A DNA stretch of 48,057 bases from Acholeplasmataceae bacterium (GCA_012515085.1 JAAYZB010000143.1:1-48057); one strand, 5' to 3'; shown: positions 1 through 9,458, numbered from the stretch's first letter. Numbers and translations are program-made. Notes: generated by a model not told the origin, from the sequence alone.

Positions 1-505
1 CGCCAATCTTGCTGAAAACATTCGGATACTTGTATCCGGCGTAAAGAGAAATGAATCCGCCCATTGATGATCCGGCCATATAAATGCGCTTGGAATCAAT
101 TGGGTATTTCGAAAGAAAGAAGGGAAGGATCACCAGGCGGATCCATTTCAGATAGTCGTTTCCCTTGCCTCCGGGAAGATGATCCGGTTGAAACGATAAA
201 TATCTTGGATCACAAGACAAAGGAAACGGAGAATACTCATCAAAGCGGGCTATCGACGGAGCCGCGATACCGATAACGAATAACTGCTGGTTGGTCGTTT
301 GATAAAGTTCATCCAACGTTTCTTTTACCTTCCAAGTCTCTCCAAACGCCGACTGACTTTTAAAAAATAGGTTATGTCCGTCATGCATGACCAAAAGCGG
401 GATCGTTTTGTTCGCGCAATCCCAATTTTCTGGAAGATAAAAAGACACTGTTTTGCTTTGATTTTCCCCATCAAAAGGGAATTGATACACTTCGATATGG
501 CTCAT
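1..505 (-). CDS. esterase-family alpha/beta hydrolase (3' end cut by window edge)
   Basis: Absent from the supplied ORF track because it has no stop inside the window. The reverse frame from ATG 505..503 stays open to base 2. It translates as MSHIEVYQFPFDGENQSKTVSFYLPENW...LLVMHDGHNLF...RIYMAGSSMGGFISLYAGYKYPNVF. It carries a GxSxG nucleophile elbow (GSSMG) typical of PF00756-like esterases. The ATG overlaps the TGA of the upstream gene (ATGA). Confidence 0.75.
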   Translation of the reverse strand, partial: MSHIEVYQFPFDGENQSKTVSFYLPENWDCANKTIPLLVMHDGHNLFFKSQSAFGETWKVKETLDELYQTTNQQLFVIGIAAPSIARFDEYSPFPLSCDPRYLSFQPDHLPGGKGNDYLKWIRLVILPFFLSKYPIDSKRIYMAGSSMGGFISLYAGYKYPNVFSKIG

Positions 506-1512
506 TTTCTGTTATTTGAATAGAATTCATCAATAGCTTCAAAATAGGCATCCAGGTTTTCTAGCGGTGTTGCCGGAGGGATGTCACACCCGGAACTGAT
601 AATGAAATTATCATAGGGAGACAGCCTTTCCAACAACGCTCGAACCTGGATTTTGATTTGTTCAGGATCTTGTTTTTTTAACAGCATTGCCGGGGAAATG
701 TTCCCCATGATCAGCTTGTCTTTTGGAAATATTTTCAACATATCTTCCAAATCGATGTGGTCACCAAAATGATAGACATCCGCGTCGATGGATAAAATGG
801 TGTCTTTTAACGGAACGACGTTGCCACAATTGTGATAAATGAAAAGAAAATCACTATCCGATACGGCCGCTTTGATCTTTCGAATATAATAACTGGAAAA
901 TTTCTCGCAGATTTCCGGGCTTAATAGTCCTGCGGCCGGTTCGGCCAAGATAATGCCATCGGCCCCTGCTGTTTTGAAAGCGAGAATATAACGTTGGATG
1001 AACGCCGTCGCTTTTTCCAGCGTCACATGGACCATATCGGGATCCATTATGCTATTGACCATGATCTCCGTCATATCCATCAGCCTGCCGGCCAAGGAAA
1101 AGGGTCCGATCACTCCGGCAAAAACTGGCTTGTCTTTGATCAAGGTTTTTGCCAGCCGTACGCCTTCGACATACGTCTTTGTCCGTTTGTTTCCTAATTG
1201 AGGCACCATCAATGTCATCGCGTCCATTGGACTGTTGATCACCGCGCCGATCACCGTGGGTACTTCCATTGGAAAGAAACGGATCTTTGCGCCGAACTCT
1301 TCCGCTTCCACCGATAAGTCCATCATCGATAAAGCGGCGCTCATCGGATAGGTCTTGGCAATGTGTGCCATCACTTGAGCTTGAAGCGTTGCCGAATTCA
1401 CCAAATCATTGACCGTGATCCCCAGAGCTTGTATTCCTGGAAACGTCAGTATCGGCATGGATTCGTTTCGGTTTTCCTTGATTTTATTCAGCCATTTTTG
1501 TTTATCAATCAT
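502..1512 (-). CDS. URO-D/MtaA-family methyltransferase (methylcobamide-type, putative)
   Basis: ORF 502..1566. I prefer the ATG at 1512 (MIDKQKWLNKI...), which overlaps the stop of the upstream gene (ATGATTGA). Length is about 336 aa. Motifs: GPFSLAGRL, HNCGN (His-x-Cys) and the C-terminal SSGCDIPP Cys, which together match the zinc-ligand pattern of MtaA/MtbA-like enzymes. Confidence 0.75.
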   Translation of the reverse strand: MIDKQKWLNKIKENRNESMPILTFPGIQALGITVNDLVNSATLQAQVMAHIAKTYPMSAALSMMDLSVEAEEFGAKIRFFPMEVPTVIGAVINSPMDAMTLMVPQLGNKRTKTYVEGVRLAKTLIKDKPVFAGVIGPFSLAGRLMDMTEIMVNSIMDPDMVHVTLEKATAFIQRYILAFKTAGADGIILAEPAAGLLSPEICEKFSSYYIRKIKAAVSDSDFLFIYHNCGNVVPLKDTILSIDADVYHFGDHIDLEDMLKIFPKDKLIMGNISPAMLLKKQDPEQIKIQVRALLERLSPYDNFIISSGCDIPPATPLENLDAYFEAIDEFYSNNRK

Positions 1513-2551
1513 GATCGGTTCCGTCCATTTCATATGCCGCTTGAAGCATCGCGACAAAGTTTTCATTGGGAATATAATCCGGTACAGAGTTGCCGGATCC
1601 TAATGCATAGCCCCCTTGGGAAGCGAGTCTCAACATATCCTTCACCCGCTTCCGGATCAAATCCGGTGTGGATCTTGCTAGAAAATCAACATCGATTCCG
1701 CCCATGACCGCAATTTTGGGAAACAGCAGAGAATAGGCGGTTTCGACCGGTTTGATTTTGTCTTCGTAAGAGTGTCTTCCGTCAAATTTCATATCGTGAA
1801 CTATGTCATCGATAATATCGTCAAAATACCCGCAAGAATGCAATATCGCATACTTGCCTTTTTGATGCGCAAGTGCCACAATCTCTCGATACCAAGGAAA
1901 CACATGTTCACGAAGAAGAGCGGGCGGCACCATTGTTTGGGAATTGAACCCCCAGTCGTCGTTACAAAGGATCGCACCGACTTCGGGATATTCGAGACAG
2001 CGGGCGAAATATGCTTTGATGCGTCTCCCCACCTGATAAAAGACATCTTTTACCAGTTCAGGATCATCGTAGAGAGCAAAACATAAGTTTTCATACCCCA
2101 TAATTCCGATAGTGTTTTCCAAAATGCCATCCAAACTGAAGGGAACGAACTTCACATGTCGGCTTAAATATTTTCCCGCTTCCGGTATCAAACTAAAATC
2201 ACAATTGTCAATCTCTGGCCAGCGATAGGCCAAATAGCTTTCCCGATCGACGATCGTCGCACCGCTGTTTAATGATTTGGTTTCACCGTGATGCGACGGA
2301 TCGTCTTTCCGAGAGAAAGTAAGTCCGCGAACAATGATGGGGGCATGATCATATCCGGCCGAATCAAAAGCCCTGATCGTCGTCACGACCCGGTCAAATT
2401 CAGTTTCGACGCAATAGTCGTTTCCCACTAACAGTTTTTCTTTATCATTGCCGATAATAAAATCAAAGAAGACCGGTCGTGCCGGTTTTTGCTTTTGCAG
2501 TACCTTTTCGAGATGTCGAAAATCGGGTACCCAGCTTGCGGTTCTGAACAT
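1505..2551 (-). CDS. URO-D-family protein (second methyltransferase-like paralogue)
   Basis: 348 aa, ATG at 2551. It has a URO-D-like TIM-barrel pattern (ILHSCGYFDD His-x-Cys; GGIDVDFL; LGSGNSVPDYIP). The C-terminal Cys seen in the neighbouring paralogue is replaced (GSGNS). Confidence 0.65.
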   Translation of the reverse strand: MFRTASWVPDFRHLEKVLQKQKPARPVFFDFIIGNDKEKLLVGNDYCVETEFDRVVTTIRAFDSAGYDHAPIIVRGLTFSRKDDPSHHGETKSLNSGATIVDRESYLAYRWPEIDNCDFSLIPEAGKYLSRHVKFVPFSLDGILENTIGIMGYENLCFALYDDPELVKDVFYQVGRRIKAYFARCLEYPEVGAILCNDDWGFNSQTMVPPALLREHVFPWYREIVALAHQKGKYAILHSCGYFDDIIDDIVHDMKFDGRHSYEDKIKPVETAYSLLFPKIAVMGGIDVDFLARSTPDLIRKRVKDMLRLASQGGYALGSGNSVPDYIPNENFVAMLQAAYEMDGTDHD

Positions 2552-2579
2552 GTCATCATCCCATCAATTATTAGAATTC

Positions 2580-4526
2580 TTATTCGACTTTCGTATAAGT
2601 TGTTACATTTGTCGTTGCGTTATAGACAAAGCGGTAAGCACCGGCTTCGGTGATATTGATAATGGTCGCTCCGCCCATTCCAGCCGGTGAACCGTCAAAG
2701 AGATATTGTTCTCCGGCATAATAGCCCCAACCAACGTTGGCTTTCGTTAGTACAGTAATAAACCGATAACCGGCATCTGCTGTATAATAACCTGTTGTGG
2801 GTGCTACGAATACCGGCAATGTTAGCGTGATTTCATAAAGGTCGGTCTCACCGACGACTTTCGTCATAATGGCCGCTCCTTCTCCTTCTAAGAGGAAGCA
2901 TTGGCTATCATCATCTACTCGGGTAAAGGTCCCATATAATGTCGGCGCTGCCAATTTTTCAAATGGCGCAACCGATTTCTCAGTCGGTGGCGTGATCGAG
3001 GTTTGATGCGTTGTGGCATTATACGTGAAAACGAGTTCCATCGCCTCATCTAAATCCAAATACGTGACTTTCCCCATCCCGCCATCATCTCCGGAGAAGA
3101 GGTATTGCTTGCCAGCTCCCCAAGAACCAACGCCTTCCCAGAAATAGAGTTGTTTGGTCAAGCAGACAGCGAGCATATAGCCTTCACCGGTTCCGGTATA
3201 AGCTGGCATGTTGAAGGTACCAATAAATAGATTCTCATCTTCGGCATCTTGGTTCAAGACGATGGCATTTGCTGGATCGAGTGACCAAGAAGAGAAATCA
3301 CCATAGATAACCGGTTCTGCCAACGTTACAGTCACGGTGGTGATATGGGTGATGGCATTGTACACCAGATCATATGTCGTTTCAACTTCCGGTTTTAAAT
3401 GAGACACCAGTCCCATGCCGCCGGCACTGCCGTCAAAGAGATATTGTTCACCAGCTCCCCAAGAACCGACGCCTTCCCAGAAATAGAGTTGTTTGGTCAG
3501 GCAGACCGCCAAGGAATATCCTAATTCATCGGTTCCGGTATAAGCCGGTAATGTCAAAGAGCCGACAAATAAGTTCTCATCATCATCCGATTCGGTCAAA
3601 ACGACCGCGGCCGCATCCGTTAACGACCAATTGGAGAAATCGCCATAAATCACCGGTTCTGCCAACGTCACAGTCACGGTGGTGATATGGGTGGTGGCAT
3701 TGTAGACGAGGTCATACGTCGTTTCAACTTCCGGTTTTAAATGAGACACCAGTCCCATGCCGCCGGCACTGCCGTCAAAGAGATATTGATCGTTTGCTCC
3801 CCAAGAGCCACTTCCTTGCCAGACATAATACTTTTCCGACAAGCAGACAGCCAAGGAATATCCTAATTCATCGCTTCCGGTATATGCCGGCAATGTCAAA
3901 GACCCGACAAATAAGTTGTCATCATCTGATTCCGTCAAAACGACAGCGGCTTCATCCGATAACGACCAATTGGAGAAATCGCCGTAAATCACTGGATTTT
4001 CGAGTTCTCGTTCCATGGAATTGTCATAGATGGTGAGGGTGTTGGAATCAAACAAAACCGTGAGTTCCATGTTATCATAGACCCAGATCGATCCCAACCC
4101 TCCACCGGTCGGTGAAGCCGGTGCCGGTTGAAGCGCGTAATTATCCGTGCCATAGCAGGTGGTCCAGGTGCCATCGGTCACTTTGTAATAGTGACCATCA
4201 TAGGCGTTGTCGCGGTTGTCTACTGTCAAAGACACCGTGATCTGATACCAACCGGCCCGATCAGGGATTTCGGTCATCCGAAAATCCTCGTCATTCGCGA
4301 CGTAACCGGAAAAATTTCCCGCTAGAAAATACGGGCTGGTGTTGGCGGTCGTGGGCGCCTCGGTTGCGGTTGTTGTTGTATCTCCGCTTGAAGTGGGCGC
4401 TGCTGTGGTCGTGGTGACGTCGGTTGCGGCTGTTGTATCATCATTACAGGCAACCAGCCCACCGAAAGTCAGGCATGCAAGCAGTGAAAATGCTACAAAT
4501 CGAAACAATCTTTGCATTTTATTCAA
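2580..4526 (-). CDS. surface lipoprotein with five CBM-like (putative alpha-glucan-binding) modules
   Basis: The signal peptide plus lipobox is MNKMQRLFRFVAFSLLACLTFGGLVAC|N. A Thr/Ala-rich linker follows, then one N-terminal module and four modules of about 113 aa that start with (P)VIYGDFSNWS / TLYGTF. This recalls the GDFNNW start of CBM48/E-set glycogen-binding domains. The RBS is AAAGGAGGA. The gene lies directly downstream of the GH13 gene. Confidence 0.7.
   Translation of the reverse strand: MNKMQRLFRFVAFSLLACLTFGGLVACNDDTTAATDVTTTTAAPTSSGDTTTTATEAPTTANTSPYFLAGNFSGYVANDEDFRMTEIPDRAGWYQITVSLTVDNRDNAYDGHYYKVTDGTWTTCYGTDNYALQPAPASPTGGGLGSIWVYDNMELTVLFDSNTLTIYDNSMERELENPVIYGDFSNWSLSDEAAVVLTESDDDNLFVGSLTLPAYTGSDELGYSLAVCLSEKYYVWQGSGSWGANDQYLFDGSAGGMGLVSHLKPEVETTYDLVYNATTHITTVTVTLAEPVIYGDFSNWSLTDAAAVVLTESDDDENLFVGSLTLPAYTGTDELGYSLAVCLTKQLYFWEGVGSWGAGEQYLFDGSAGGMGLVSHLKPEVETTYDLVYNAITHITTVTVTLAEPVIYGDFSSWSLDPANAIVLNQDAEDENLFIGTFNMPAYTGTGEGYMLAVCLTKQLYFWEGVGSWGAGKQYLFSGDDGGMGKVTYLDLDEAMELVFTYNATTHQTSITPPTEKSVAPFEKLAAPTLYGTFTRVDDDSQCFLLEGEGAAIMTKVVGETDLYEITLTLPVFVAPTTGYYTADAGYRFITVLTKANVGWGYYAGEQYLFDGSPAGMGGATIINITEAGAYRFVYNATTNVTTYTKVE
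2979..3995 (-). repeat. three tandem coding repeats of about 339-342 bp inside the lipoprotein gene (units 3657..3995, 3315..3656, 2979..3314)
   Basis: Long stretches are near-identical at the DNA level. For example, 3311-3450 versus 3653-3790, and 3111-3175 versus 3441-3505, differ only by scattered substitutions. Protein units 1 and 2 are more than 90 percent identical by eye; unit 3 is more diverged. Confidence 0.9.
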
Positions 4527-4545
4527 ATCCTCCTTTTATCTCATC

Positions 4546-6252
4546 CTATTGGTTGGATTGATTTACTAAAAATAAAGCAAGCGACATCGGTGGCACAAAG
4601 TAGCCAGATTTTTCAATATGCGCCTTTCCGATGAGATAAGAATATTGGCGTTGATCGATTTTGAGCGTGGTAGTCCCGATGTTTGCGACTACCAGAATCG
4701 ATTCCTTGTCAAACGTTCTTAAAAATTGCACACTCGTCGGCTGACCTTCCAAAAACGTTGACTCGCCTTTTTTCAAAATCATTGATTCGGAGCGAAACTT
4801 CGCAATGTGACGAAACATTGCTTGAGCTTCGCTTTCGGGTTGGTCCCAGAGCATGGCCCGGCGATTGTCGGGATCGACATCGCCTTCTAATCCGATCTCA
4901 TCACCATAATAAAGGAGCGGCATGCCTTCGAAACAATAAAGCAGCGAGAGTGCCAGGTAATGCTTCTTCTCATTGTTCAAGGCGGTTGCGAGTCTTAAGG
5001 TGTCATGACTTCCCATTAGATTGATGAGGTAATGAGTTGCGGGCGTTTGATATAAGCTCTTGTTGCGCTGAATCAGATGGATAAAGCGATCAGGCGTGAT
5101 TTTTTCTTCCAGCAATGCCAACAGGTATTGCCGGAATTTATAGTTGGTCACGGTGTCGAGTTCGGCGGCATTCAGCCAGGCGCATGCATGATTCCAGATC
5201 TCGCCAATCAGCAATGCCTCTGGCTTTTCGTGGCGAATCTTCTCGTGAAGCGCTCGCCAGAATCGATGACTGATCTCATCAGCCACATCAAAGCGATATC
5301 CATCGATATCGGCTTCTCGAATCCAATAAACGGCTTGATTCGTAAGATATTCGATGACTTCTGGATTTGTGGTCTCCCATTTGGGCATGGTAGGCACTTC
5401 GTTTGCAAAATTATCATAATTGCCTTTTTCCAAGGAAACCGGAAAACTATCGATCCGGAACCAAGAACAATAAGGCGATTGTGTTTGGTTGGATAAAACG
5501 TCTTGGAAGAATGGATGTTCGCTGGAACAATGATTAAAGACGGCATCCAGAACGATCTTCATTCCCTCTTTATGCGCCGTCTTCACCAGTTGTTTGAGTC
5601 CTTCTTTTCCACCATAAATGGTTTCGATGGCATAATAATCAGAGATATCGTACTTGTGATAACTTGGCGATTGGAAAATCGGCGATAAATAAATGATTTT
5701 TACTCCCAAAGACTTGAGATATTCCATTTTTTGGATAATGCCGGCAAAATCACCGCCATAATAGGTTTCACGGTCAGGAAGAGCGTGTCTCGGTTTGACA
5801 ATGGGGGGATTATTGGCGGGATCTCCGTCAAAAAAACGATCGACTAGAATCTGATAGATGGATTCTCCTTCTGCCCAATCCGGCAATTGCCAAATCTGAT
5901 CTTTGTTAATGGCCGGATAATAAAAGAAGTTTTCCGGCTTTGGTTCATCGACGATGCCATCGGAAGCATAGTAAAGCGGCTCCCCCGCTTTGGGATAAAT
6001 TTGGAAGTAATATTTGAAGTGTTTTTCGGGAATTTGAATCGGACTTTCATAATAAGTGAAATCCTGATCTTCCAACAACCGAGGCATCTCTACCTGAAAG
6101 AAATGCGGTGAATGATTGTATTGATTTTTGTAGAAAAGGATTATTTTTTCTGTCTCACTTCGCCGCACCCGAATCCGCACCCGGAGCGTATCGCACCCGA
6201 TTGGATAACAATAGTTTCCGCTGGATATATGCAGTATGGCTGTCTTATCCAT
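4546..6252 (-). CDS. GH13 alpha-glucan hydrolase (neopullulanase/cyclomaltodextrinase/maltogenic-amylase type), cytoplasmic
   Basis: 568 aa. All four GH13 conserved regions are present: VLDAVFNHCS, DGYRFDVADEI, GEIWNH, LMGSHDTLR. DRFFDGDPANN is also present. There is no signal peptide, and an N-terminal extra domain is typical of the neopullulanase subfamily. Confidence 0.9.
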   Translation of the reverse strand: MDKTAILHISSGNYCYPIGCDTLRVRIRVRRSETEKIILFYKNQYNHSPHFFQVEMPRLLEDQDFTYYESPIQIPEKHFKYYFQIYPKAGEPLYYASDGIVDEPKPENFFYYPAINKDQIWQLPDWAEGESIYQILVDRFFDGDPANNPPIVKPRHALPDRETYYGGDFAGIIQKMEYLKSLGVKIIYLSPIFQSPSYHKYDISDYYAIETIYGGKEGLKQLVKTAHKEGMKIVLDAVFNHCSSEHPFFQDVLSNQTQSPYCSWFRIDSFPVSLEKGNYDNFANEVPTMPKWETTNPEVIEYLTNQAVYWIREADIDGYRFDVADEISHRFWRALHEKIRHEKPEALLIGEIWNHACAWLNAAELDTVTNYKFRQYLLALLEEKITPDRFIHLIQRNKSLYQTPATHYLINLMGSHDTLRLATALNNEKKHYLALSLLYCFEGMPLLYYGDEIGLEGDVDPDNRRAMLWDQPESEAQAMFRHIAKFRSESMILKKGESTFLEGQPTSVQFLRTFDKESILVVANIGTTTLKIDQRQYSYLIGKAHIEKSGYFVPPMSLALFLVNQSNQ

Positions 6253-6262
6253 TGTTGTCTCC

Positions 6263-7096
6263 TTAGAATTTGACCGATCCTTCGGTCAAACCCCCAATAA
6301 AGTATTTTTGTAACGAATAGAAAAGTAAGATCATCGGAACCGATCCCAAGAGTGCGGCAGCGCAGTACAGGCTCCAATTGGTGCCGTACTGGCCGGTAAT
6401 CATCGATTGGAGCCCCACCGCAAGCGGCATGGTATCCAGTCCTTGGGTCATCACCGTGGAAGCGATCGCATATTCGTTATAAGCGATAACGAAACTTTGA
6501 ATCGCAACTACGGCAAGCATCGGTTTGGCAAGTGGAAGGATCACTTTCACCAACGTTTGAAATTTCGTCGCGCCGTCCATCATTGCCGCCTCGTCGATTT
6601 CATAAGGAATCGTATCGAAATAACCTTTTGCCAGCAACACTAATCCGGCCGAGGAAATCGTCGAGTTCACAATAATCAGTCCTTTTAGGTCATTCAAGAT
6701 CCCCAGTGTCACAAAAATCCGGAAGATCGACACCATGGAGAGCGTCAAAGGGAAAATCTGGATGAGAAGGATGAACTGAAACAACTTTCCTTGCCCGCGG
6801 AAACGGAGACGGGAAAATACATAAACCGTAATGCTCACAAACAGCGTCGCAACAACCATTGTGAATAGCGAAATGATGAGTGAATTTCCTAGCCAATGGA
6901 TAAACTTAGTTTCCGTAAACAATCTTTGGAAGTTTTGCAAGGTGAATTCCTTGGGTATGGTCGCGGACGTGCCGACAATATTCTTCCCAAAAGCAATCAT
7001 GATGATATACGCAAACGGAGTGATGGTCACAATCAGCAGGCAAATCAAAAACAGATGCATGATTACTTTGGCTAGTCGCGCTTTATTTTTCTTCAT
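6263..7096 (-). CDS. CUT1 sugar ABC transporter permease (MalG-like)
   Basis: 277 aa with six predicted TM segments. The EAA-loop-like motif is DEAAMMDGATKFQTLVKVILPLAKP. The ATG shares one base with the TGA of the upstream gene. Confidence 0.9.
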   Translation of the reverse strand: MKKNKARLAKVIMHLFLICLLIVTITPFAYIIMIAFGKNIVGTSATIPKEFTLQNFQRLFTETKFIHWLGNSLIISLFTMVVATLFVSITVYVFSRLRFRGQGKLFQFILLIQIFPLTLSMVSIFRIFVTLGILNDLKGLIIVNSTISSAGLVLLAKGYFDTIPYEIDEAAMMDGATKFQTLVKVILPLAKPMLAVVAIQSFVIAYNEYAIASTVMTQGLDTMPLAVGLQSMITGQYGTNWSLYCAAALLGSVPMILLFYSLQKYFIGGLTEGSVKF

Positions 7097-9420
7097 CAGC
7101 TTTCCGCCACCTTTCGGGTGATCCGCATCGATACAACCGCAAACAGCGCGACGAAGACAAAGATCAACACGGAATAGGTCGCCGCCACGGCATAGCGATT
7201 GGTATTGAAGGCGGTATTGAAGACATAAGTGATGAGAAGATCGGTGGATCCCGGTGCGCCGATTTTATCAGCTGCGGGTCCACCAGCGGTCAAGATGTAC
7301 ACACCAAATTGATTGAATTGCATGATGAACGACATGATCAATGTCGGAATCAAAGCTTTGAATACCAACGGTAAAGTGATGGAAAAGAAAATATAAGCGC
7401 TGCTTGCGCCATCCACTTTGGCAGCATCATAATAGTCTTTGGGGATGGCTTGTAAGAGTCCGCTCGCAATCACCATAAAATAAGGGAAGGAAAACCAAGT
7501 CATCACCAGGATTGTCGACAGTTTGGCTACCACCGGATGTGAGAGCCAAGGAATGTTCGGGATCCCGATCACTCCCAAAATCTGATTGACAAGTCCGTTC
7601 TCCGTTTCGAGCAACCCTTGCCACATAAGGAGCGTGATCACTGTCGGAATCACCCAAGGAAGAATGAAGACGATTCGGTAGATTCTCGCAATCCGCATTC
7701 CCGCTTTTTGAAGCAAAGTCGACAATAATGTTCCCAAGACAAACGACACCGTCACAACCGCGACTGCGAAAGTGATTGTCCAGATGACCATCGATATCAA
7801 TCCGTCCAGTCCGGCGACAAATACGTCCTTGTAATTCGAAAAACCAATCAAGCCATAGTCGCGTAGATTGATACCGCTATAGTCTGTCAATGACAGATAA
7901 AAATTATGAATGATCGGATAAACATAGAAGACCAACAATAATATCAATAGCGGTGTCATCAGGCCCCAAGCGATCAATGTTTCTTTCCATGAGGGCAATC
8001 TTAAGTATCTTGGTTTATTCCTGTTTTTGGCTCTTTTCCAGAGGAAGAAGCCAATCAATAAAACCAACAGTCCTCCAATGATTGCCGGAATGACCCACGA
8101 AGGGAGCTCTATTTGATCGGCGTGATAATTCATCAGCCGGACATCATCGCGGATCTTATCGGCGAGCTCGGCGAGTTTAATTTCTGCGTCGCATTCGCCG
8201 CTTTGATCCCCAAAGAATATCGCCTGGAACACGGTTGTTGTGTAATTGTACCAGATCGGTCCTTCGGGAATATTGGGGAACGGTTCGCACTCGGAACTGA
8301 GCTCGCTCAGTGATGATAAAATAGCGGATGATTGGATATAGTCGCTTTCGATCACGGCCAAGGATGCCGGATTTCTAGTTCCTAACTTTCTCTCGTATTC
8401 GTTCCCTGCTTCGATCAACAATTGTTGGTTTTCATCTTCAAGCATATACTTAAGAAAATCCCAGCTATCCTCTTTATGAAGTGAAAACTGATTCATGACA
8501 AACCCTTGAACAGTGGTCAATGCCCGCGAGATCGTTCCGTCTTTCGAATCCGGTAAGGACGCGATGCCGTAATTGATGCCTTTTTGTTGGAAGGTGGAGG
8601 CATACCATAACCCATAAAGAATCATCCCGACCTGATTATTCGCAAATCGAGAGACAATCTCGCTTTCGCCGTGAATCTTATTGGTCAGTACCAGTCCTTT
8701 ATTTTGGGCATCCTTGATTTGGGCGATATAATCCAACATGCCTTCGTTATCAAGCCCGACATCATACGGATTGTATTCACCGTTGGGATAGGTCCCGTAA
8801 TAATACCCACCGTAAGTTTTGATCAGCGGATAGGTGAACCACATATCCCGGGAATTGAGCAGCGTGCCATGGACGCTGATTTTATCACCGTCCATCACGG
8901 TCTTTGTCTCTGCAAGAGCAAAGAACTCTTCCCACGTTTTTGGCAGTTCGGCTTCTGAAATAATGTCTTTGTTATAGAGGAGTCCCGACGTATCGACCGA
9001 ATAACCAATGCCATAGATTTCGCCGTTCAATCGAAAGGCGGAAAATGCCACATCGACAAATCGACTCCGGAGCTCATCGTCGATTTTATCAGTCAAAGAT
9101 TCTAAATACCCGCTTGCGACCAATCTTCCGATATCCGGCGCTTGCATGAAAACGATGTCTGGTCTTTCAGAGAGTGTCGCGTTGTTGACTAAATCATTGA
9201 CGGCGTTAAAGACATTGATACGGGGAATGACCTCTACTTCCTTCCCGGTCTCGGAAAAATAACGATCCGCAATTGTTTGGAGCGCTGCATTTTCTGCTTC
9301 ATATTGACTAAACCAAATGCGGATGACGTCCGCATCTGCCGCTTGAACTTTGGATGTTGCCACCCAGGAAAGCGAACAAGTCAAGATCAAAGTTATGAGA
9401 AAAAGACAACATTTCTTCAT
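7096..9420 (-). CDS. fused solute-binding protein / MalF-like permease of a CUT1 sugar ABC importer
   Basis: ORF 7096..9537. I prefer the ATG at 9420 (MKKCCLFLITLILTCSLSWVATSKVQA|AD signal peptide; RBS AAAGGAA). Residues about 30-440 are MalE-like SBP. A single TM linker follows (WVIPAIIGGLLVLLIGFFLW), then a six-TM permease with the EAA loop DAAKVDGASSAYIFFSITLPL. Confidence 0.8.
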   Translation of the reverse strand: MKKCCLFLITLILTCSLSWVATSKVQAADADVIRIWFSQYEAENAALQTIADRYFSETGKEVEVIPRINVFNAVNDLVNNATLSERPDIVFMQAPDIGRLVASGYLESLTDKIDDELRSRFVDVAFSAFRLNGEIYGIGYSVDTSGLLYNKDIISEAELPKTWEEFFALAETKTVMDGDKISVHGTLLNSRDMWFTYPLIKTYGGYYYGTYPNGEYNPYDVGLDNEGMLDYIAQIKDAQNKGLVLTNKIHGESEIVSRFANNQVGMILYGLWYASTFQQKGINYGIASLPDSKDGTISRALTTVQGFVMNQFSLHKEDSWDFLKYMLEDENQQLLIEAGNEYERKLGTRNPASLAVIESDYIQSSAILSSLSELSSECEPFPNIPEGPIWYNYTTTVFQAIFFGDQSGECDAEIKLAELADKIRDDVRLMNYHADQIELPSWVIPAIIGGLLVLLIGFFLWKRAKNRNKPRYLRLPSWKETLIAWGLMTPLLILLLVFYVYPIIHNFYLSLTDYSGINLRDYGLIGFSNYKDVFVAGLDGLISMVIWTITFAVAVVTVSFVLGTLLSTLLQKAGMRIARIYRIVFILPWVIPTVITLLMWQGLLETENGLVNQILGVIGIPNIPWLSHPVVAKLSTILVMTWFSFPYFMVIASGLLQAIPKDYYDAAKVDGASSAYIFFSITLPLVFKALIPTLIMSFIMQFNQFGVYILTAGGPAADKIGAPGSTDLLITYVFNTAFNTNRYAVAATYSVLIFVFVALFAVVSMRITRKVAES

Positions 9421-9458
9421 CCGATTGTTCCTTTCTATTATATTAAACGATTGGTTAT

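Noticed and set aside
64-276. 70-aa plus-strand ORF (TTG start) at the left edge.
   Set aside because: It is antisense to the open esterase frame (1..505, minus strand) that carries a GxSxG motif and ATGA coupling. It has no RBS.
3374-4569. A series of plus-strand ORFs (3374..3685, 3794..4036, 4128..4325, 4339..4569) with similar-looking peptides.
   Set aside because: They are antisense shadows of the repeat-containing lipoprotein gene. Their similarity to each other only reflects the tandem DNA repeats.
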